Made by a program: the position numbers and the translations under genes
Source: a virus
Lineage: Duplodnaviria > Heunggongvirae > Uroviricota > Caudoviricetes
Length of the DNA stretch: 64,000 nucleotides
IMG/VR virus record: IMGVR_UViG_3300021467_000082
Direction: 5' to 3' (one strand)
Notes under the pieces: generated by a model
What the model was told of the DNA's origin: nothing
Database searches by the model: none
The model's input: the letters and a program-made list of their open reading frames with translations, nothing else
In this document: one piece after another, positions 46,018 through 56,369 of the stretch
Layout: every line of letters starts with the position of its first letter
How positions within the stretch are numbered: the stretch's first letter is position 1

Positions 46018-46282
46018 TATTACTTACCCCCTGCTGTGAAATTATTCAATGTTTCCCTAAACCCCACAAATTGTTCATAAAGTAATGTTTACGCTAACAT
46101 CAGTCTATTGTTTTTGCTGAAAGCTTCTTTCATGACTTTATTCCATCTGGCTTGAAGTTTTGGAGCTGAAGTTGATATTCTTCAGGTGCATTATCAATGA
46201 AATCTTTTACTATTTTTCTTTGTTTTAACCTCGAAAAGAAATCGGTTCTTCTTGTATAGTTTACATAATTTATCATAAGACT

Positions 46283-46507
46283 TCATAACAGATTCCTATC
46301 AACTTTATCTTGGCCAAAGTCTTTTACAACTTTTCCATCAATAACTGCTACCTCCCTAATATGTAAGCGTTGTTCTTTCAATAGATCGCGTAGTCTATGT
46401 AATTTACAACGCTCAAAATAAACATCCGTCGCAGGATCTTCTGTATAGATGACGAGATAATCCTTATCTTTGTCCTTCGATTTTTTCATCAATGCCTCCT
46501 TTACCAA
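46283..46507 (-). CDS. small protein, tandem paralog 1
   Basis: Similar to 46501-46710 (YLVIYTEDP...ERCKLHRLRDLLKEQRLH..AVIDG.VVKDF). Confidence 0.45.
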   Translation of the reverse strand: MVKEALMKKSKDKDKDYLVIYTEDPATDVYFERCKLHRLRDLLKEQRLHIREVAVIDGKVVKDFGQDKVDRNLL

Positions 46508-46710
46508 TCCTTATCGAAACCTTTTACAAGTGTTCCTTCGATAATTGCAATGTCTCTGTAATGTAAACGATATTTTTCCAGTAAATTTCGTATTTCATTT
46601 GACTTGCAGTATTCGATACAGATATCACCATCAGCTTCTTTTTGGTAAACGACAATATATCGTTTACCATCATTTTTCGTTTTTTTCATTGGTGCTCTCC
46701 TAACAAACAT
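46501..46710 (-). CDS. small protein, tandem paralog 2
   Basis: YIVVYQKEADGDICIEYCKSNEIRNLLEKYRLHYRDIAIIEGTLVKGF. Confidence 0.45.
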   Translation of the reverse strand: MFVRRAPMKKTKNDGKRYIVVYQKEADGDICIEYCKSNEIRNLLEKYRLHYRDIAIIEGTLVKGFDKDW

Positions 46711-46731
46711 TATCGAACCTCTCTACTAGGC

Positions 46732-46962
46732 TTACATAATATTTTCCATCTGATCTATCCATAATTTTTTTAAACTCATAACTGAACATATGAAAGCACT
46801 GCACGTTAATCTTCTACCTTCATTTACAACACAAGCGCTTGGACTTGCTTCATAACATTCGAGACAGCACATCCCCATGCAAATGTGTGAACAGAAATCT
46901 CTCAAACCAGATTTCACCATAAAATTTTCTATAAGATTTAGCGCTTCTTCATAGTTTAACAT
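46732..46962 (-). CDS. small Cys-rich protein
   Basis: 10 Cys in 76 aa. Confidence 0.35.
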   Translation of the reverse strand: MLNYEEALNLIENFMVKSGLRDFCSHICMGMCCLECYEASPSACVVNEGRRLTCSAFICSVMSLKKLWIDQMENIM

Positions 46963-46997
46963 TGTTCGTATTTCCTATCAATTAATTCATGAAAAAT

Positions 46998-47237
46998 TTA
47001 CAGCTCGCTCCCCTTTTTCCTACCTAATACACAGCCAAATCCATCCTGTATGTACAATTTATCCAACCATATCAGTTTAGAATTATCAAGCTGTAGAACC
47101 TTCAATAATCTCTCACAATGGCCTCCCATCTGAGGGCCTTCATCAGGATCTACAGCCTTATGCCACTTCCCGCGTTCGAAATATTTACACTCTTTACACT
47201 TAATCATTGACCACCTCCTCCTTTTTGTAACCATCAT
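46998..47237 (-). CDS. small zinc-finger protein
   Basis: CKECKYF...GGHCERLL. Confidence 0.35.
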   Translation of the reverse strand: MMVTKRRRWSMIKCKECKYFERGKWHKAVDPDEGPQMGGHCERLLKVLQLDNSKLIWLDKLYIQDGFGCVLGRKKGSEL

Positions 47238-47446
47238 TTCTTTTTGCGCCTGTTTACACGCCTACTTTGACGCTGTGTTTTTCTTTTCCTTTTCTTCTTA
47301 GATCGTTTCTTACCCACGGCTTTTGTCATAGGGTTGACATTAGATGCTGGTTTCACTGTGGGATTGAGAAGGGGAGATCTATTCATGGCAAGTAATCCCT
47401 GCGCTGCCAAGGATAAGTAAAGATCTATTTTCGATTTGGAAGACAT
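47234..47446 (-). CDS. small protein with an extremely basic C-terminus (KKRSKKKRKRKTQRQSRRVNRRKKK)
   Basis: ORF track, 70 aa. Confidence 0.4.
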   Translation of the reverse strand: MSSKSKIDLYLSLAAQGLLAMNRSPLLNPTVKPASNVNPMTKAVGKKRSKKKRKRKTQRQSRRVNRRKKK

Positions 47447-47663
47447 TACTTACTCCTCTTATACATATTTTACGCGCCTTCTGTACTTACTACCAAGTAC
47501 TCATATGGGCATGAAGAAATCTCATTTATTATTCTCCAAAATGCACCATAATCAATTATTACCTTATCATTTTTGTAATCTACCGAAAATTCTATCTTTT
47601 TTATCTCATCACCATTTTTAAAAATCAAGAATCTTCTCAAACTCATTTTTATTCCTCCTTTTA

Positions 47664-48026
47664 TTACCTCGCAAAATAGTAATAGGCTATAAATAATACC
47701 GCATAATGAAGAGCTTGATCAATACATATTACATCCGCACATCTGCGTAACTTGCCTTTTCCGTAGAAATAGTGAGATATATTAGATGATAACAAGTCTA
47801 TAATGAAATGAGATGAGAACACAACAGCTATAAACGGCAAATTCCAAAAAACGACTGCAAACGGTACAGTGTAAAGCAAACAATGTAAGACCAGCACCGA
47901 CTTACGCTCGTGCTTTGCCGTTGAAATACTTTCTGGTTGCAAAACAAGATCGCTATACAAATGCAAACCCATCAATACCAATAATTCAACAATTAATTCC
48001 ATAATTCCCCTTTTTTTAAAAAACAA
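47664..48026 (-). CDS. membrane protein
   Basis: Multiple hydrophobic segments. Confidence 0.4.
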   Translation of the reverse strand: MFFKKRGIMELIVELLVLMGLHLYSDLVLQPESISTAKHERKSVLVLHCLLYTVPFAVVFWNLPFIAVVFSSHFIIDLLSSNISHYFYGKGKLRRCADVICIDQALHYAVLFIAYYYFAR

Positions 48027-48070
48027 ACGGGCACTACGGTATTAACCATAGCACCCGTAAAAAATTATAA

Positions 48071-48949
48071 TTACTTAGAATTTACAAACGGCGTTACATT
48101 CTGGCCTTCAGTTACAATAACCTTGTCTCCTTCGCCTGCTCGTTCATATAACTTCAGTCTAGCCTCAATCTCTCTCATCTTCAGGTATTTATCATTCAAG
48201 GCGTTACCCAAAATCTTGATATAAGCGGCCTCTGCTTCGGCTTCAGCTACGCGGACTATTTTCATTTTTTGTGCAATTTTTAACCTATTTTCAGCCTTTA
48301 ACAACTCCATTGCCTGTTTAGCTTTCTCTTCTTGGATTTCTATCTCTCTTCTTCGCTTCTTTTCAACCGCTTTTGTTATCACATCTGGGTAATCGAAGTT
48401 AGAAGTGGCCAACATCCGCAATTCCATAGGAGTATTTCCTAACGCCTTTTCTAACCGAATTTGAATGGCTTTTGTAATTGCTTCCCTATTATCCCTTATC
48501 TGAGTGGTTTCATATTTGGAAACTATTGTTCTCGCAATAGAACGTGCTACTGGTTTTACATAAGTGTTGTACAAAACGGTATAAGGAAGTTTACCAACTT
48601 TTCCATCGTATTTAATTCTAGCGCCCTGTAAGCTTAACAAGTCATATAGGTCTTTATCAGTCTTAATCCTAGGTCTTACGCGAACTTTCAAATCAAATTT
48701 GAAATTTAAATCGTCTTTACACAACACGCTCAATCTTTCAACACCCACATAGTCATTGATAGGGACGAGAATAAGCTTATCCCTACCCCAGCACGCATGT
48801 CTGCCCGGCTGTAACGCCTTACCATCGAGTCCACTTGGTTGTAGCCTCATCCCTACATAACCAGGTGGAACTTCGCCACTACAGCCAATCATGGAAAACG
48901 CAAACACTACCAGAATCAAACTGAGCAATTTTCCTTTTAAATTTTTCAT
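48071..48949 (-). CDS. SPFH/band-7 domain protein with a lipoprotein-like signal
   Basis: Signal with Cys (FSMIGCSG); band-7-like core and C-terminal coiled coil EKKRRREIEIQEEKAKQAMELLKAE. Confidence 0.65.
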   Translation of the reverse strand: MKNLKGKLLSLILVVFAFSMIGCSGEVPPGYVGMRLQPSGLDGKALQPGRHACWGRDKLILVPINDYVGVERLSVLCKDDLNFKFDLKVRVRPRIKTDKDLYDLLSLQGARIKYDGKVGKLPYTVLYNTYVKPVARSIARTIVSKYETTQIRDNREAITKAIQIRLEKALGNTPMELRMLATSNFDYPDVITKAVEKKRRREIEIQEEKAKQAMELLKAENRLKIAQKMKIVRVAEAEAEAAYIKILGNALNDKYLKMREIEARLKLYERAGEGDKVIVTEGQNVTPFVNSK

Positions 48950-48963
48950 AACAAATCCTCCTT

Positions 48964-49377
48964 TTAATTAGTCTTTGCTTTTTTTAATGCTTCCTCAATA
49001 TATTTATCGGCTTCTTCCTTATCCTTGACAAAAGATTCATTTTGACGTTTCAGTTCCATAGGTTTTTTCTCTTCTGCCTCCTTAGCTAATTCCTCTTCTG
49101 ATTTCTCATCCGGCATTTCACTTACTATTTTATACATGCCTTCTGTCTCAGATGGTGGTAACGATGTAGGTTTGCCAGGCCCAAATGAAACAAAGAATAA
49201 TAATGTTAGTACTATGATAATCCCAGCTACACTAACTGCTTGGAGAAACACAATTTTACTTTGTGTATTCATATACTTTATGATCCGTTCTATAAATATT
49301 ACGACAAAACCTGTCAATATTAACGCGATTCCAAAATATACCCAAATACTTAAATCTCCTCCAAAATTGAATTGCAT
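48964..49377 (-). CDS. membrane protein with an acidic tail (possible SPFH partner)
   Basis: Two TM segments plus an E/K-rich tail; adjacent to the SPFH gene. Confidence 0.4.
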   Translation of the reverse strand: MQFNFGGDLSIWVYFGIALILTGFVVIFIERIIKYMNTQSKIVFLQAVSVAGIIIVLTLLFFVSFGPGKPTSLPPSETEGMYKIVSEMPDEKSEEELAKEAEEKKPMELKRQNESFVKDKEEADKYIEEALKKAKTN

Positions 49378-49489
49378 TTTTGACCTCCGTTTATCTCTTT
49401 TCGTTTAGCAAACTGGCAATTTTTCCAATTCATAAACAACTTCACTAAGACCGCCACGATGTCCTCTTTCCCACGCCAAATCAAACGCT

Positions 49490-49780
49490 TTATCGGCGTC
49501 GGAGGTGGTCTGCTAACCCACAGTGTTCTAAAGCGTCTCTCTTAAATATCTGATTTACCTTAGATCGAGCCTTATAATATGTTTTTAATGCAGCAGCGTA
49601 CTCATCAAGCCTTTTTGCATGTTCTTCTTTAACTGGTACACCGTATTCAAGACAAAAATTTGGAACGTTATTAACGATAAAAAGGAAATAATGGCCGTTC
49701 TTACATCTATTAGCAGGCCTTTTTGGTTTTGTGAGGTATCTATAGTTACCTTTTTCTATTTTAGCATAAATAGAGCTCAT
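49490..49780 (-). CDS. hypothetical protein
   Basis: ORF track, 96 aa. Confidence 0.35.
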   Translation of the reverse strand: MSSIYAKIEKGNYRYLTKPKRPANRCKNGHYFLFIVNNVPNFCLEYGVPVKEEHAKRLDEYAAALKTYYKARSKVNQIFKRDALEHCGLADHLRRR

Positions 49781-49838
49781 TGAATAAGCAACCCCCTTTT
49801 ATGAAATTGCTACATTGAATTTTTTAGTAATTTTAAAA

Positions 49839-50567
49839 TCAAAGCTTAAGCTGTATCACGTCGTCTTCCGGCCAGCATAATTTAGACCATGTAAGAACGC
49901 CAAATTTGTTATAAATTGATGCATACCAATAGATTTTTCCATTAATAGTAAGTTGAAGCACTTGGTTAGGCTTTTGAGGTGTGTATTTATAAAGAAAATT
50001 ATTAATCGCTTCTTCTAAGACGACACGGAATTTATATACAAAAGACGCATATCGTGTTACCTGTCTTTCGACTTCATAATATCGTTGGCCAAGCTTAAGG
50101 TTTTTAGGGTGTTTAGGCTTAGGCACCCATTCAAACGAAACATATTTGCTTGATGATGTACATCCGTTGTCCTTCACTGTATAAAACCACCATAATCCTT
50201 CTGGGTTATTCTTTACGTGGACCGGCTGAACGTGACAGCCGCCAGTTCTTAATACTGCGTCATTAATAGGTTTCCATTTCTTATCTATAAATTTTAACCA
50301 GCGAGATCGCACGACCGAATACCTAGCTTCTAATTTATCAATATCATCTAAAACTGATTTCCGCACTCTAACATTATTAACGGTAATAAACCACTTCTTC
50401 ACTTTCTTGCTGTCTTTATATATCCATCCATCTTTTTTAAACTTATATTGATCGGATATCTCTTTATTGGCACCAACAATCGACAATACACTCCTGTCAG
50501 TTGGTATCTCAATATACATATTGCCAATGATAACTTTATTTTCGTGCCTTTCCATCAGAATAGCCAT
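49839..50567 (-). CDS. hypothetical protein
   Basis: ORF track, 242 aa. Confidence 0.5.
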   Translation of the reverse strand: MAILMERHENKVIIGNMYIEIPTDRSVLSIVGANKEISDQYKFKKDGWIYKDSKKVKKWFITVNNVRVRKSVLDDIDKLEARYSVVRSRWLKFIDKKWKPINDAVLRTGGCHVQPVHVKNNPEGLWWFYTVKDNGCTSSSKYVSFEWVPKPKHPKNLKLGQRYYEVERQVTRYASFVYKFRVVLEEAINNFLYKYTPQKPNQVLQLTINGKIYWYASIYNKFGVLTWSKLCWPEDDVIQLKL

Positions 50568-50950
50568 TATTTACCCCCATTCATGGTACAAGTGATAATA
50601 CCGTGTTATGTGTCTGAAAATCACTTTGGTTCTCCCCGTATATAATCACGCACTTCCATTAATATTTTACCTAGTTTGTTACAGCCTCCCATGTAAACTG
50701 CTTGATAGTATTCATGTTCTGACCCTTTCAATTGTGTAATATACAGTTAAGATGCTTTTAAGTTATTCAAAAGCTTGACAGCTTCAAATAAACTTTCTTA
50801 CCCTTTCTATTTTTTATAAGTATGCTATCATTAGTGCTATTGCTATAGCCATACACACAGATGCCGTAGTCTCTGTATTCCACCTTTTCATTCTCTTACC
50901 CCTTTTAGGATTGAATGGTTCTGGATCAATATTTAAACTGATTTAGTTTC

Positions 50951-51670
50951 TTATTTTAATCTATTTTCTAATAATTCTACTAACACATCACCATGACATG
51001 GCTCAGGCTTGCAATAACAACCTAAACGTTTGCCTCTTAACTCCTCCAAATCATTCAGCAAATCCGGCCTACTCATTATATATTGTTTATACTTCTCTAT
51101 CACCTCCTCGCGGGTACCATCTACTCCGATTTTAAACGGGTTTCCCCATTTACTACCTTGGCCAATATAAACATCATATTTTTCATGGCGTAAATTTACT
51201 ACTTTGGCTTCGCTGGCTGGTTTCATATTTATCACGTCTATCTTATCTCCGTTTACCAATATCAAAATTACATTTCGTCCATAACTTTTAGCTGTTTCAA
51301 TCATGTGGTTTGTACCTGGTGAATGCCCGTCCCAAAATGCTAAAAGAGTATCGCCTAATTTTACCATTTCTTCATTTCTTTTGAAGCCGGCCAAGGCGTT
51401 GTATTCCTTGCCGTATCTATTATATTTCTTCTTGACTGGCGGGCTCATATTATCCCACTTAGCAAGCACTTCGATACATTTTATATTATTTTCCAAAGCC
51501 CACTTTTTTGCCAATGAGTCTACTCCTCTAGCGCCTCCTTCTATTATACATTCTATATCTCTCATACTGTTTAATACTGCCGATACTAATTCATAATTTG
51601 TTATAGATCTACTACCGGACACTATTAATTTCATAATCACCTCATCTAATGGTGCCCAGCGGGCAGCCAA
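50951..51670 (-). CDS. SLOG/DUF2493-like plus DUF4326-like two-domain protein (paralog of 40197-40919)
   Basis: IVSGSRSITNY...IEGGARGVDSLAKKWA; GSKWGNPF...CYCKPEPCHGDVL. Confidence 0.5.
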   Translation of the reverse strand: MAARWAPLDEVIMKLIVSGSRSITNYELVSAVLNSMRDIECIIEGGARGVDSLAKKWALENNIKCIEVLAKWDNMSPPVKKKYNRYGKEYNALAGFKRNEEMVKLGDTLLAFWDGHSPGTNHMIETAKSYGRNVILILVNGDKIDVINMKPASEAKVVNLRHEKYDVYIGQGSKWGNPFKIGVDGTREEVIEKYKQYIMSRPDLLNDLEELRGKRLGCYCKPEPCHGDVLVELLENRLK

Positions 51671-51675
51671 TCCTT

Positions 51676-51867
51676 TTATAGAAAATTAATACCTCTATAA
51701 TATAATAATATTAAAAGTGTGATTCCTAAACTTATTGTTAATAGACAAGCACATAATGATATAACGAAATCTTTTGTCTTATACCCACATACAAACTTTG
51801 CTCTGTATATAAAAGCCACTACTACTAAACACAAAAGTATAAACGTAGCTATAATATAAAAACACAT
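51676..51867 (-). CDS. small membrane protein
   Basis: ORF track, 63 aa, hydrophobic. Confidence 0.35.
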   Translation of the reverse strand: MCFYIIATFILLCLVVVAFIYRAKFVCGYKTKDFVISLCACLLTISLGITLLILLYYRGINFL

Positions 51868-51914
51868 ACTTAATCCTCCATAGTCAAATTACATGTTATT
51901 CTAACGACTATCTC

Positions 51915-52259
51915 TTATGTATTCTCATTCAACATTTCCCCCCTGTTAGATATAGTCACTGCATATACACTAATAGTGGCATCTTTAAATTTACCTTTTC
52001 CTATATTATCATCGCCACAAGTGTTTTCGAAAACGTACTCCATGTATTCCTTATTATCAAATAGTAAAAATACATACGGACTTTGTAACCAGATATCCAA
52101 AACTTCAGACTTATCTTTAGTCCACGCGAGGCTTTTACCTAATTCATCAACTTCACAATTTTCTGGGACGTGTAAAAATATACCATATTTCTTTTTGTCG
52201 GCGCAAACGTGCCGCATAGCATCGATGATTGAAACCTTCTCATATGTTATAGGCTTCAT
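51915..52259 (-). CDS. hypothetical protein
   Basis: ORF track, 114 aa. Confidence 0.4.
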   Translation of the reverse strand: MKPITYEKVSIIDAMRHVCADKKKYGIFLHVPENCEVDELGKSLAWTKDKSEVLDIWLQSPYVFLLFDNKEYMEYVFENTCGDDNIGKGKFKDATISVYAVTISNRGEMLNENT

Positions 52260-52270
52260 ACTATCCTCCT

Positions 52271-52525
52271 TTATTCAATTATATCTAATTGAACAACTTC
52301 CATTTCTCCATTTACCAACTTTAATGGTGTTGCTAAGATATATGTTTCTAATTTTATGATACCTCCTTTATAGGACAATTTATTATCTATATCAATATAT
52401 CCTCTTAACCTGATAGCTGTTCCATCAGTGAAGATTATAACAGAATTTGGCCAATCGTTGTTTATTTCTTTAATAGTTTTACCTACCATAAATTTCTTTA
52501 TTCTTTTTTGAGTAAGCCAGCCCAT
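52271..52525 (-). CDS. hypothetical protein
   Basis: ORF track, 84 aa. Confidence 0.35.
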   Translation of the reverse strand: MGWLTQKRIKKFMVGKTIKEINNDWPNSVIIFTDGTAIRLRGYIDIDNKLSYKGGIIKLETYILATPLKLVNGEMEVVQLDIIE

Positions 52526-52719
52526 TTTATCCCCTATTATTTCAGACCTACAATTTTATACTCAAATGGATACATCGAAATTTTATCCAATAGATCTTGT
52601 AGAGCACCGAAGTCAATTATAGCTTTATCATTTCTAAGATCCAAATCAAATTCCAATTCCTTCCTCCTATCATCAATATTAAATATTAGGAATCTTTTCA
52701 AAGCACCCATTTCTTCCTC

Positions 52720-53070
52720 CTATAAATTGCGCAATACTTTATCTTCATCCCACAGTGTCTCTTTAATCCAATTACCGTCTTCATCAACCAATGCCGTAAA
52801 AATATTCGGGCCGCTAGACCAGGGATCTAATTGCACTTTTTCATACACTTTGGAACCGTCCTTCAGAAAATACACATTAAGAGGGTACTTACCACCGAAC
52901 ATAGAATGCCAATGATAACGATCTCCTTTTTCGGATTTGTATGCCTCAATTTCTGAAATAGGTTTGTTATTCTCATCGTAAGTAATCTGTTTGAGTTTTA
53001 TACATTTCTCATCCAAAAACTTGCGAGCAGCCTCGCTTAGACCAATAAACCAATCTGTTCTACTCATCAC
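52720..53070 (-). CDS. hypothetical protein
   Basis: ORF track, 116 aa. Confidence 0.4.
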   Translation of the reverse strand: MMSRTDWFIGLSEAARKFLDEKCIKLKQITYDENNKPISEIEAYKSEKGDRYHWHSMFGGKYPLNVYFLKDGSKVYEKVQLDPWSSGPNIFTALVDEDGNWIKETLWDEDKVLRNL

Positions 53071-53268
53071 TACCTCCTTATATTAACTGATTCGCCCATT
53101 TTAGAGCTAGGGTAGAATTTTTGAAACACATAATCCCCAATGTCTATGATAGAGCTTCAACTACTTCATCCTCTGGATAATAAAGTTAATATGTAGGATT
53201 GTAAACTATTGCGCTTTCCCTATTTATCGTAACAACTTTATAAGCTATCATTTAAACTCTTCAAGCCA

Positions 53269-54096
53269 CTATGAATCTCCCAGTATTATATTGTTATACA
53301 AATCAAATACAATGTTTTCCCATAATTGTACAATTACATCCACATCAAGGCTTAAGTTTTTCGGGCATTTGTGTTTATATTCACAATCCTCACATGACAT
53401 AAATCTCACACTATGCAATAACACACAATAAGGATGAACTTCCTTCAATGCGACTTTATTCCAGTTAGCTACTAACAAATTGTCAAATGCTAACATTAAA
53501 TTGCGTTGTATTTTAGTGAATAATAAACTGACATCACCATCATCAAGAGTGACAATTTGTTTAATAGCTATATCAGATTCTCTCTCTAACATAGTATTTA
53601 ATACAATTGTAAATTGACGTAATGCTTTCCTAGCTAATTGTATACTAAATATTGGTTTATAAATTACTCCACCAGACAATTTATGTTTTGCTTTCAACAT
53701 ATGCCAGATGCTTTTTATCAAATTTTCGCCTACAATAGAAATTATAGATGTAAACTCTTCCGTTATTTTATCATAGGTGGAACCATCCTTGTGACATATA
53801 CCATGTTCTTTAGCATAGAGGCATTTTTCGCATCCTTTTTCACCGACATCGTAGCAATAAGGACATATACTGTAATCAAACATTTCGAGTGTAGAGCAGA
53901 TAGATAGATCAAGTTGATCAAACATTTTTTCAGCTCTATCAAGAGCTATGTTTGATAGTATTTCTTCGTCCTTTTTCGTAAAGAATTCTTTGCCTACCTC
54001 GCCCAAAAGAGAGGCTTTATATCGCATAAATTCAACTAGTACTTTGCGTTTTGCTATACGCTTGTCTTTCATTTGACCCCCCTTTCTCTGAATCAA
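53269..54096 (-). CDS. Cys-rich hypothetical protein
   Basis: CPYCYDVGEKGCEKC...HGICHKDG and CEDCEYKHKC clusters. Confidence 0.5.
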   Translation of the reverse strand: MIQRKGGQMKDKRIAKRKVLVEFMRYKASLLGEVGKEFFTKKDEEILSNIALDRAEKMFDQLDLSICSTLEMFDYSICPYCYDVGEKGCEKCLYAKEHGICHKDGSTYDKITEEFTSIISIVGENLIKSIWHMLKAKHKLSGGVIYKPIFSIQLARKALRQFTIVLNTMLERESDIAIKQIVTLDDGDVSLLFTKIQRNLMLAFDNLLVANWNKVALKEVHPYCVLLHSVRFMSCEDCEYKHKCPKNLSLDVDVIVQLWENIVFDLYNNIILGDS

Positions 54097-54310
54097 AAAG
54101 CTCTATAGCTTGGATGCATTTCTCTCTCCTTCCGTTCTCTATGGTACTGAGAGCGGCGGCGCAAAGCAATTCTGCATTAGGATTATTATTGACAAGCGTT
54201 TCATATAATTTTTTATACCTTTCCGGATTTGGAACCTTGCTTAGGAATCTACTCATATTTTTTCTATACATAATCATCTTCTTTGAAAAAGATTTTACAG
54301 TAAAAATCAA
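54032..54310 (-). CDS. hypothetical protein
   Basis: ORF track, 92 aa. Confidence 0.35.
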   Translation of the reverse strand: MIFTVKSFSKKMIMYRKNMSRFLSKVPNPERYKKLYETLVNNNPNAELLCAAALSTIENGRREKCIQAIELFDSEKGGSNERQAYSKTQSTS

Positions 54311-54383
54311 AAGAAGCGCAGCAGCATGTTTATGTATGATTTCCTCCTACTCATTTTGCGCCCCGTATTGGGCGCAGTTTTAA

Positions 54384-54551
54384 TTAGCCTTTTGATCTGA
54401 AAATAACCAGAAGTATGGCAATTCCAACCAAGGCTACCCAAAGAGGCCAAAGTTTAACCAACAGAATAAAATCATCCACCGTAGCAACAATAACAACTTT
54501 GTACCAAGGCAAATTCCAAATAGCTTCTAAAACTTCTCCTAATGTTGTCAT
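54384..54551 (-). CDS. small (~55 aa) hydrophobic peptide, not in the ORF track
   Basis: Manual read of the minus strand: SD AAGGAGGG 8 nt upstream of ATG (revcomp of 54549-54551); MTTLGEVLEAIWNLPWYKVVIVATV... Confidence 0.4.
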   Translation of the reverse strand: MTTLGEVLEAIWNLPWYKVVIVATVDDFILLVKLWPLWVALVGIAILLVIFRSKG

Positions 54552-55093
54552 AATAAACCCTCCTTATTTTTTATTGATTACAAATGTAATTCCTTTGTGA
54601 TAACACATACTTACACCACATAATCCCTAAGTTCATGAAATTCTTTTCAATTTTTGATTTGATATGTAGTACGCACTTCATCATTACAGATAGTATTAAT
54701 AATCTTCTATATTTATATGAATATTTAATCATTTCAATAATTTATATCACCACCTCTCTTATACTCATCAAAACGGGCCAGCGCCGCGCCGGGGCTAGAA
54801 CAAAAGTGTCAAAACCGCAATAAATATATATAACACAACCAACAAATCCTACTAATATATAAGTAATAAACATACCATCTGAATTAACCAGCAATTTTGA
54901 TTAGTTATTTCATCATGATCCAGTTATTATCCATGCGACGCTTCTATTAATCATCACTAGCTCAATTTACCATAGCGAATTGACTTCCTAATTGGTACTA
55001 CAAATTGATACAAATCACCCAATGAATTGACAATTAATTGATGATAAACTATTGATTTTATTAATTAATAGTTGAATCGTTGCAGTTCATTTT

Positions 55094-55117
55094 ATTGGTA
55101 TTTTATTGGTATTTACG
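55094..55117. repeat. 11-bp tandem repeat (ATTTTATTGGT x2)
   Basis: Seen in sequence. Confidence 0.6.
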
Positions 55118-55208
55118 TTATTATATTATGTTATGCTTAATTATATCATACTAACTGGTCATTGTTCAATAATTCATAATATTTTCAATAGTTTATTGCA
55201 TCAATCGT

Positions 55209-55357
55209 CGATGAATTGTCATTGATTATTAAGATGCATAGTTGATATAGTTATATATATTTGATGAATTGTACAATATTTCTATTAATTTTAATATGTT
55301 ATGGCACTATGACTCAACTAATTTCAATATATTATAGCATTATATCTTGATGAATTG
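55209..55357. repeat. three dispersed ~19-bp direct repeats (TGATGAATTGTnnnnnATT) at about 55209, 55262 and 55339
   Basis: Seen in sequence. Confidence 0.6.
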
Positions 55358-55384
55358 TATGATATTATATTGTGTCTTTATATT

Positions 55385-55420
55385 GTTTCAATATTTTCAA
55401 TATTTTCAATATTTTCAATA
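55385..55420. repeat. 9-bp tandem repeat (CAATATTTT x3.5); the TATTTTCAATAGTTTATTG element also occurs at 55182-55200
   Basis: Seen in sequence. Confidence 0.8.
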
Positions 55421-55486
55421 GTTTATTGATGATCTTATGTAATGTTTTATGTAATACTTTATTATATTTTTTTATTAAATTGTGTA

Positions 55487-55550
55487 GTCGATCGATCACA
55501 CTTTCGACGTCGAAAATTTTTGAAATCGATTTCACACTTCGCGTCGATCG
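55487..55550. repeat. palindromic ATCGATCGA-containing elements (TCGATCGATCACACTTTCGACGTCGAAA ... CGCGTCGATCGAT); similar TCGATCGATTGATCGATCGA at 56250-56280
   Basis: Seen in sequence. Confidence 0.6.
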
Positions 55551-55588
55551 ATAAAATAAATAGATAATTCAATAACTTATTATATCAA

Positions 55589-55702
55589 TCAAATAGGCAA
55601 AATACCACAAATAATCGCAAGAATATTAATAACTATTAATGCCAATAGCGTAATAAAATACCAATCACTGAATAATTCTCTAAATTTTGCTCCAAAGTCC
55701 AT
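55589..55702 (-). CDS. tiny (37 aa) hydrophobic peptide with a strong SD, not in the ORF track
   Basis: Minus strand GGAGGATTGACA-ATG; MDFGAKFRELFSDWYFITLLALIVINILAIICGILPI. Confidence 0.35.
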   Translation of the reverse strand: MDFGAKFRELFSDWYFITLLALIVINILAIICGILPI

Positions 55703-55714
55703 TGTCAATCCTCC

Positions 55715-55750
55715 AATTATATAATAATATCAAATTATATAATAATATCA
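55715..55750. repeat. 18-bp tandem repeat TTATATAATAATATCAA x2 (TATAAT-like -10 elements on the minus strand); a related copy lies at 55855-55875
   Basis: Seen in sequence; each copy sits immediately upstream of a tiny peptide gene. Confidence 0.6.
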
Positions 55751-55755
55751 ATTAA

Positions 55756-55842
55756 TTAAATTGACCTGAATAGGGTAAAGAGCGCCAGTCCTATTAAGAT
55801 CCATAATATAACGGCAATCCAATCGTCAAACATATCCTTCAT
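55756..55842 (-). CDS. tiny (28 aa) hydrophobic peptide with an SD, not in the ORF track
   Basis: Minus strand GGAGACCAAA-ATG; MKDMFDDWIAVILWILIGLALFTLFRSI. Confidence 0.3.
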   Translation of the reverse strand: MKDMFDDWIAVILWILIGLALFTLFRSI

Positions 55843-55919
55843 TTTGGTCTCCAATTGTATAATAATATTAATATGTTATAGCACATCCAATGAACACAAA
55901 GCATACAAAAATAATTGCA

Positions 55920-56189
55920 CTATTCTCTCTCCATCTCATTTTGTTCCATTAGCATTAATTGTTTAAATGCTGCTCTTTCAGAACAAGATTCTTTTGTAGC
56001 CGCCGACCATTCCTCTCGGCAAACTTTAAAGAATTTCAACCAGTTAGCTTTGAGCCGGTCAAACTTAAACGCCACAACTAATGCGAAATGCAGTGCTGCC
56101 CAATAGAAAATAGTTAATATGATTAATAGCTTTATTAACAATTCCACCATATAGGATCTACTAAATTCTTTAAACCATAACCAATTCAT
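55920..56189 (-). CDS. small membrane protein
   Basis: ORF track, 89 aa; SD GGAGGT 7 nt upstream; hydrophobic segment LIKLLIILTIFYWAALHFALVVAF. Confidence 0.5.
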   Translation of the reverse strand: MNWLWFKEFSRSYMVELLIKLLIILTIFYWAALHFALVVAFKFDRLKANWLKFFKVCREEWSAATKESCSERAAFKQLMLMEQNEMERE

Positions 56190-56369
56190 TTTTCTACCTC
56201 CAATATCAAATTGTTAATAAATTCAATACCTTATTATTAATTTGCCATCGATCAATACATCGATCGATTGATCGATCGACAATAGGCCAAAAAATTAAAT
56301 ATAATAATTTCAGTATGTTAGTTTACTTTTCCCTATATAGGGTATATAAAATTTAATACCACCAAATGT

